Part shown: in pieces, positions 30,534 to 32,000 of the stretch
How positions within the stretch are numbered: position 1 is the first letter of the stretch
Layout of the letters: each line of letters begins with the position of its first letter
Source: Candidatus Poseidoniaceae archaeon
Lineage (GTDB): Archaea > Thermoplasmatota > Poseidoniia > Poseidoniales > Poseidoniaceae
Direction: 5' to 3'
Assembly: GCA_943789275.1 (NCBI GenBank)
Contig: CALSTM010000003.1
Span: 510,001 to 542,000 of the forward strand
DNA: 32,000 bases
Notes under the pieces: model-generated
The model's database searches: none
The model's input: the letters and a program-made list of their open reading frames with translations, nothing else
What the model was told of the DNA's origin: nothing
Program-made: the position numbers and the translations under genes

Positions 30534-32000
30534 TCACATTGATTCCATTCCGAACCCAGTATCTCTGGAACGCTTGATGTTCGTGAGTCCAGATGTGAGC
30601 AGTGTTTCCATCTTCTGGTAGTAAGCGAGCATCTCAGCGGTGACCGTCGGTCGTACACGTTTGATGGCTTCTTCGAAGTGGGTCTTTGTGACCTTCTTCT
30701 TGCCTGCACGCATGCAGATGAGAGCAGCTTCACGGCAAACCGCTTCAATATCAGCACCGGTGAATCCGTCGAGACCACCGATAACGTCCTTGAGTGAGAA
30801 CTTGGACAGTGGCATCCCTTCGCTGTGTATGTTGAAAATGACTTCTCGTGCTCCAGCATCCGGTGGAGGCACGTGAAGAACACGCTCAAATCGACCGCTA
30901 CGCAGCAATGCTGGGTCAATCATTTCCGGTCGGTTGGTTGCTGCAACGATGATAACGCCATCCAATGATTCAACGCCGTCCATGCTTGCAAGCAACTGGT
31001 TGACGACACGGTTTCCAACATCGCTTCCTTCGGAACTTGACGACGAGCGCATGCTTGCTATCGATTCAAATTCATCGAGGAAGATAATTGCAGGAGCCGA
31101 TTGCTTGGCCTTCTTGAAAATCTCACGGATTCCACGCTCAGACTCTCCAACCCATTTAGAAATCATTTCTGGGCCTTTGATACTGATGAAATTGGCTTGA
31201 GCCTCGTTTGCAATCGCCTTTGCAAGGAGTGTTTTTCCAGTACCTGGTGCGCCGAACAGGACAATACCTCTCGGTGGTTTGATCCCGAAATGTTCGAACA
31301 ATTCCGGCTTGGTGAGCGGCCATTCGACGGATTCCTTGAGTCGGTCTTTGACTTCCTCGAGTCCACCGACTTCATCCCAAGTGATTTCAGGGATTTCCAC
31401 GTATATCTCTCGGAGGGCGGACGGTTCAACATCCTTGATAGCATGTCGGAAATCGTCCATTCGAACTTCCATTTTTTCGAGAACTTCAGGCGGAATGGTC
31501 TCTTCTTCTAAATCGATTTCAGGGAGGTATCGGCGCAACGCCTTCATTGCTGCTTCACGAACGAGTGCAGCAAGGTCAGCTCCGACAAATCCGTAGGTGT
31601 TATCGAGAACCCAGTTGATTTCGAAATCATCGGAAATTGGCATTTGGCGTGTGTGGACGTCCATGATTTCACTGCGTCCATCACGGTCAGGAACGCCAAT
31701 CTCGATTTCACGGTCGAAACGACCCGGTCTTCGCAACGCAGGGTCAATCGCATCCCTTCGATTGGTTGCGCCTATGACAACCACATTGTCACGGCCCTGC
31801 ATCCCGTCCATGAGGGTGAGCATTTGAGCGACAACACGCCGTTCAACTTCACCGCTCACGTCTTCACGCTTTGGACAAATCGAGTCGATTTCGTCGATGA
31901 AGATGATGGCTGGTGCGTTTTCAGCCGCTTCGTCGAAAATTTCACGCAGTTGCTTTTCGGACTCGCCGTAATACTTCGAGATTATTTCAGGTCCGTTGAT
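30534..32000 (-). CDS. cdc48: Cdc48/VAT-type double-ring AAA+ ATPase (5' end outside the window)
   Basis: The track ORF 30534-31859 starts inside D1. My translation of 31860-32000 continues in frame ([55 protein letters not shown]). D1 also shows [27 protein letters not shown]2 shows [22 protein letters not shown] and [21 protein letters not shown]. Confidence 0.93.
   Translation of the reverse strand: MNGPEIISKYYGESEKQLREIFDEAAENAPAIIFIDEIDSICPKREDVSGEVERRVVAQMLTLMDGMQGRDNVVVIGATNRRDAIDPALRRPGRFDREIEIGVPDRDGRSEIMDVHTRQMPISDDFEINWVLDNTYGFVGADLAALVREAAMKALRRYLPEIDLEEETIPPEVLEKMEVRMDDFRHAIKDVEPSALREIYVEIPEITWDEVGGLEEVKDRLKESVEWPLTKPELFEHFGIKPPRGIVLFGAPGTGKTLLAKAIANEAQANFISIKGPEMISKWVGESERGIREIFKKAKQSAPAIIFLDEFESIASMRSSSSSEGSDVGNRVVNQLLASMDGVESLDGVIIVAATNRPEMIDPALLRSGRFERVLHVPPPDAGAREVIFNIHSEGMPLSKFSLKDVIGGLDGFTGADIEAVCREAALICMRAGKKKVTKTHFEEAIKRVRPTVTAEMLAYYQKMETLLTSGLTNIKRSRDTGFGMESM

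Noticed and set aside
1-32000. Search for CRISPR arrays, IS elements/integrases, prophage or defence-island signatures
   Set aside because: No spaced identical repeats, no transposase/integrase/recombinase-like ORFs and no flanking inverted repeats were seen. The window looks like core chromosome rather than a mobile or defence island.

Overview
Dense (about 96 percent coding), strand-switching prokaryotic window with 25 protein-coding genes. I see no rRNA, tRNA, CRISPR array, transposase or integrase. The content points to an uncultured marine archaeon, possibly Thermoplasmatota / Marine Group II-like (inference only). Supporting this: thermosome, Cdc48/VAT AAA ATPase, a small PRC-barrel protein, a TtuA/NcsA thiolation enzyme and a COG3199 kinase, alongside bacterial-type DnaK and ThrRS. 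Proteins are acidic, ribosome-binding sites look like GGAGGTGA, and convergent genes have stop codons that touch or overlap. Housekeeping genes: M28 peptidase (partial), sHSP-like gene + dnaK + thermosome, HMG-CoA synthase, tdh, pyrG, thrS, pyrB-pyrI, tRNA thiolation enzyme, cdc48 (partial). Three regions are not explained by known biology and rank highest. (1) 22184-25989 is an operon of a stand-alone Roadblock/LC7 protein, a ~1055-aa protein (internal Roadblock/LC7-like domain, ~290-aa coiled coil, acidic tail) and an 80-aa two-TM protein, with no small GTPase partner nearby. (2) 25990-30148 on the opposite strand is a DUF4350-like / DUF58 (vWA-like) / polytopic membrane protein operon. It lacks the usual MoxR ATPase and sits just downstream of a PRC-barrel gene and cdc48. 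(3) 15016-19424 holds two convergent orphan proteins (850 and ~600 aa), each a polytopic membrane domain plus helical repeats; the first is apparently co-transcribed with thrS. Also notable: a eukaryote-type CTP synthase, a long eukaryote/bacteria-type HMG-CoA synthase, a Frag1/DRAM/Sfk1-like membrane protein, a thermosome with RDGTT in place of GDGTT, and a structured 327-nt intergenic region (21893-22219). All family calls were made by eye from motifs; none was checked against a database. The ORF track uses ATG/GTG/TTG starts, so several starts were re-picked using homology or Shine-Dalgarno-like sequences.
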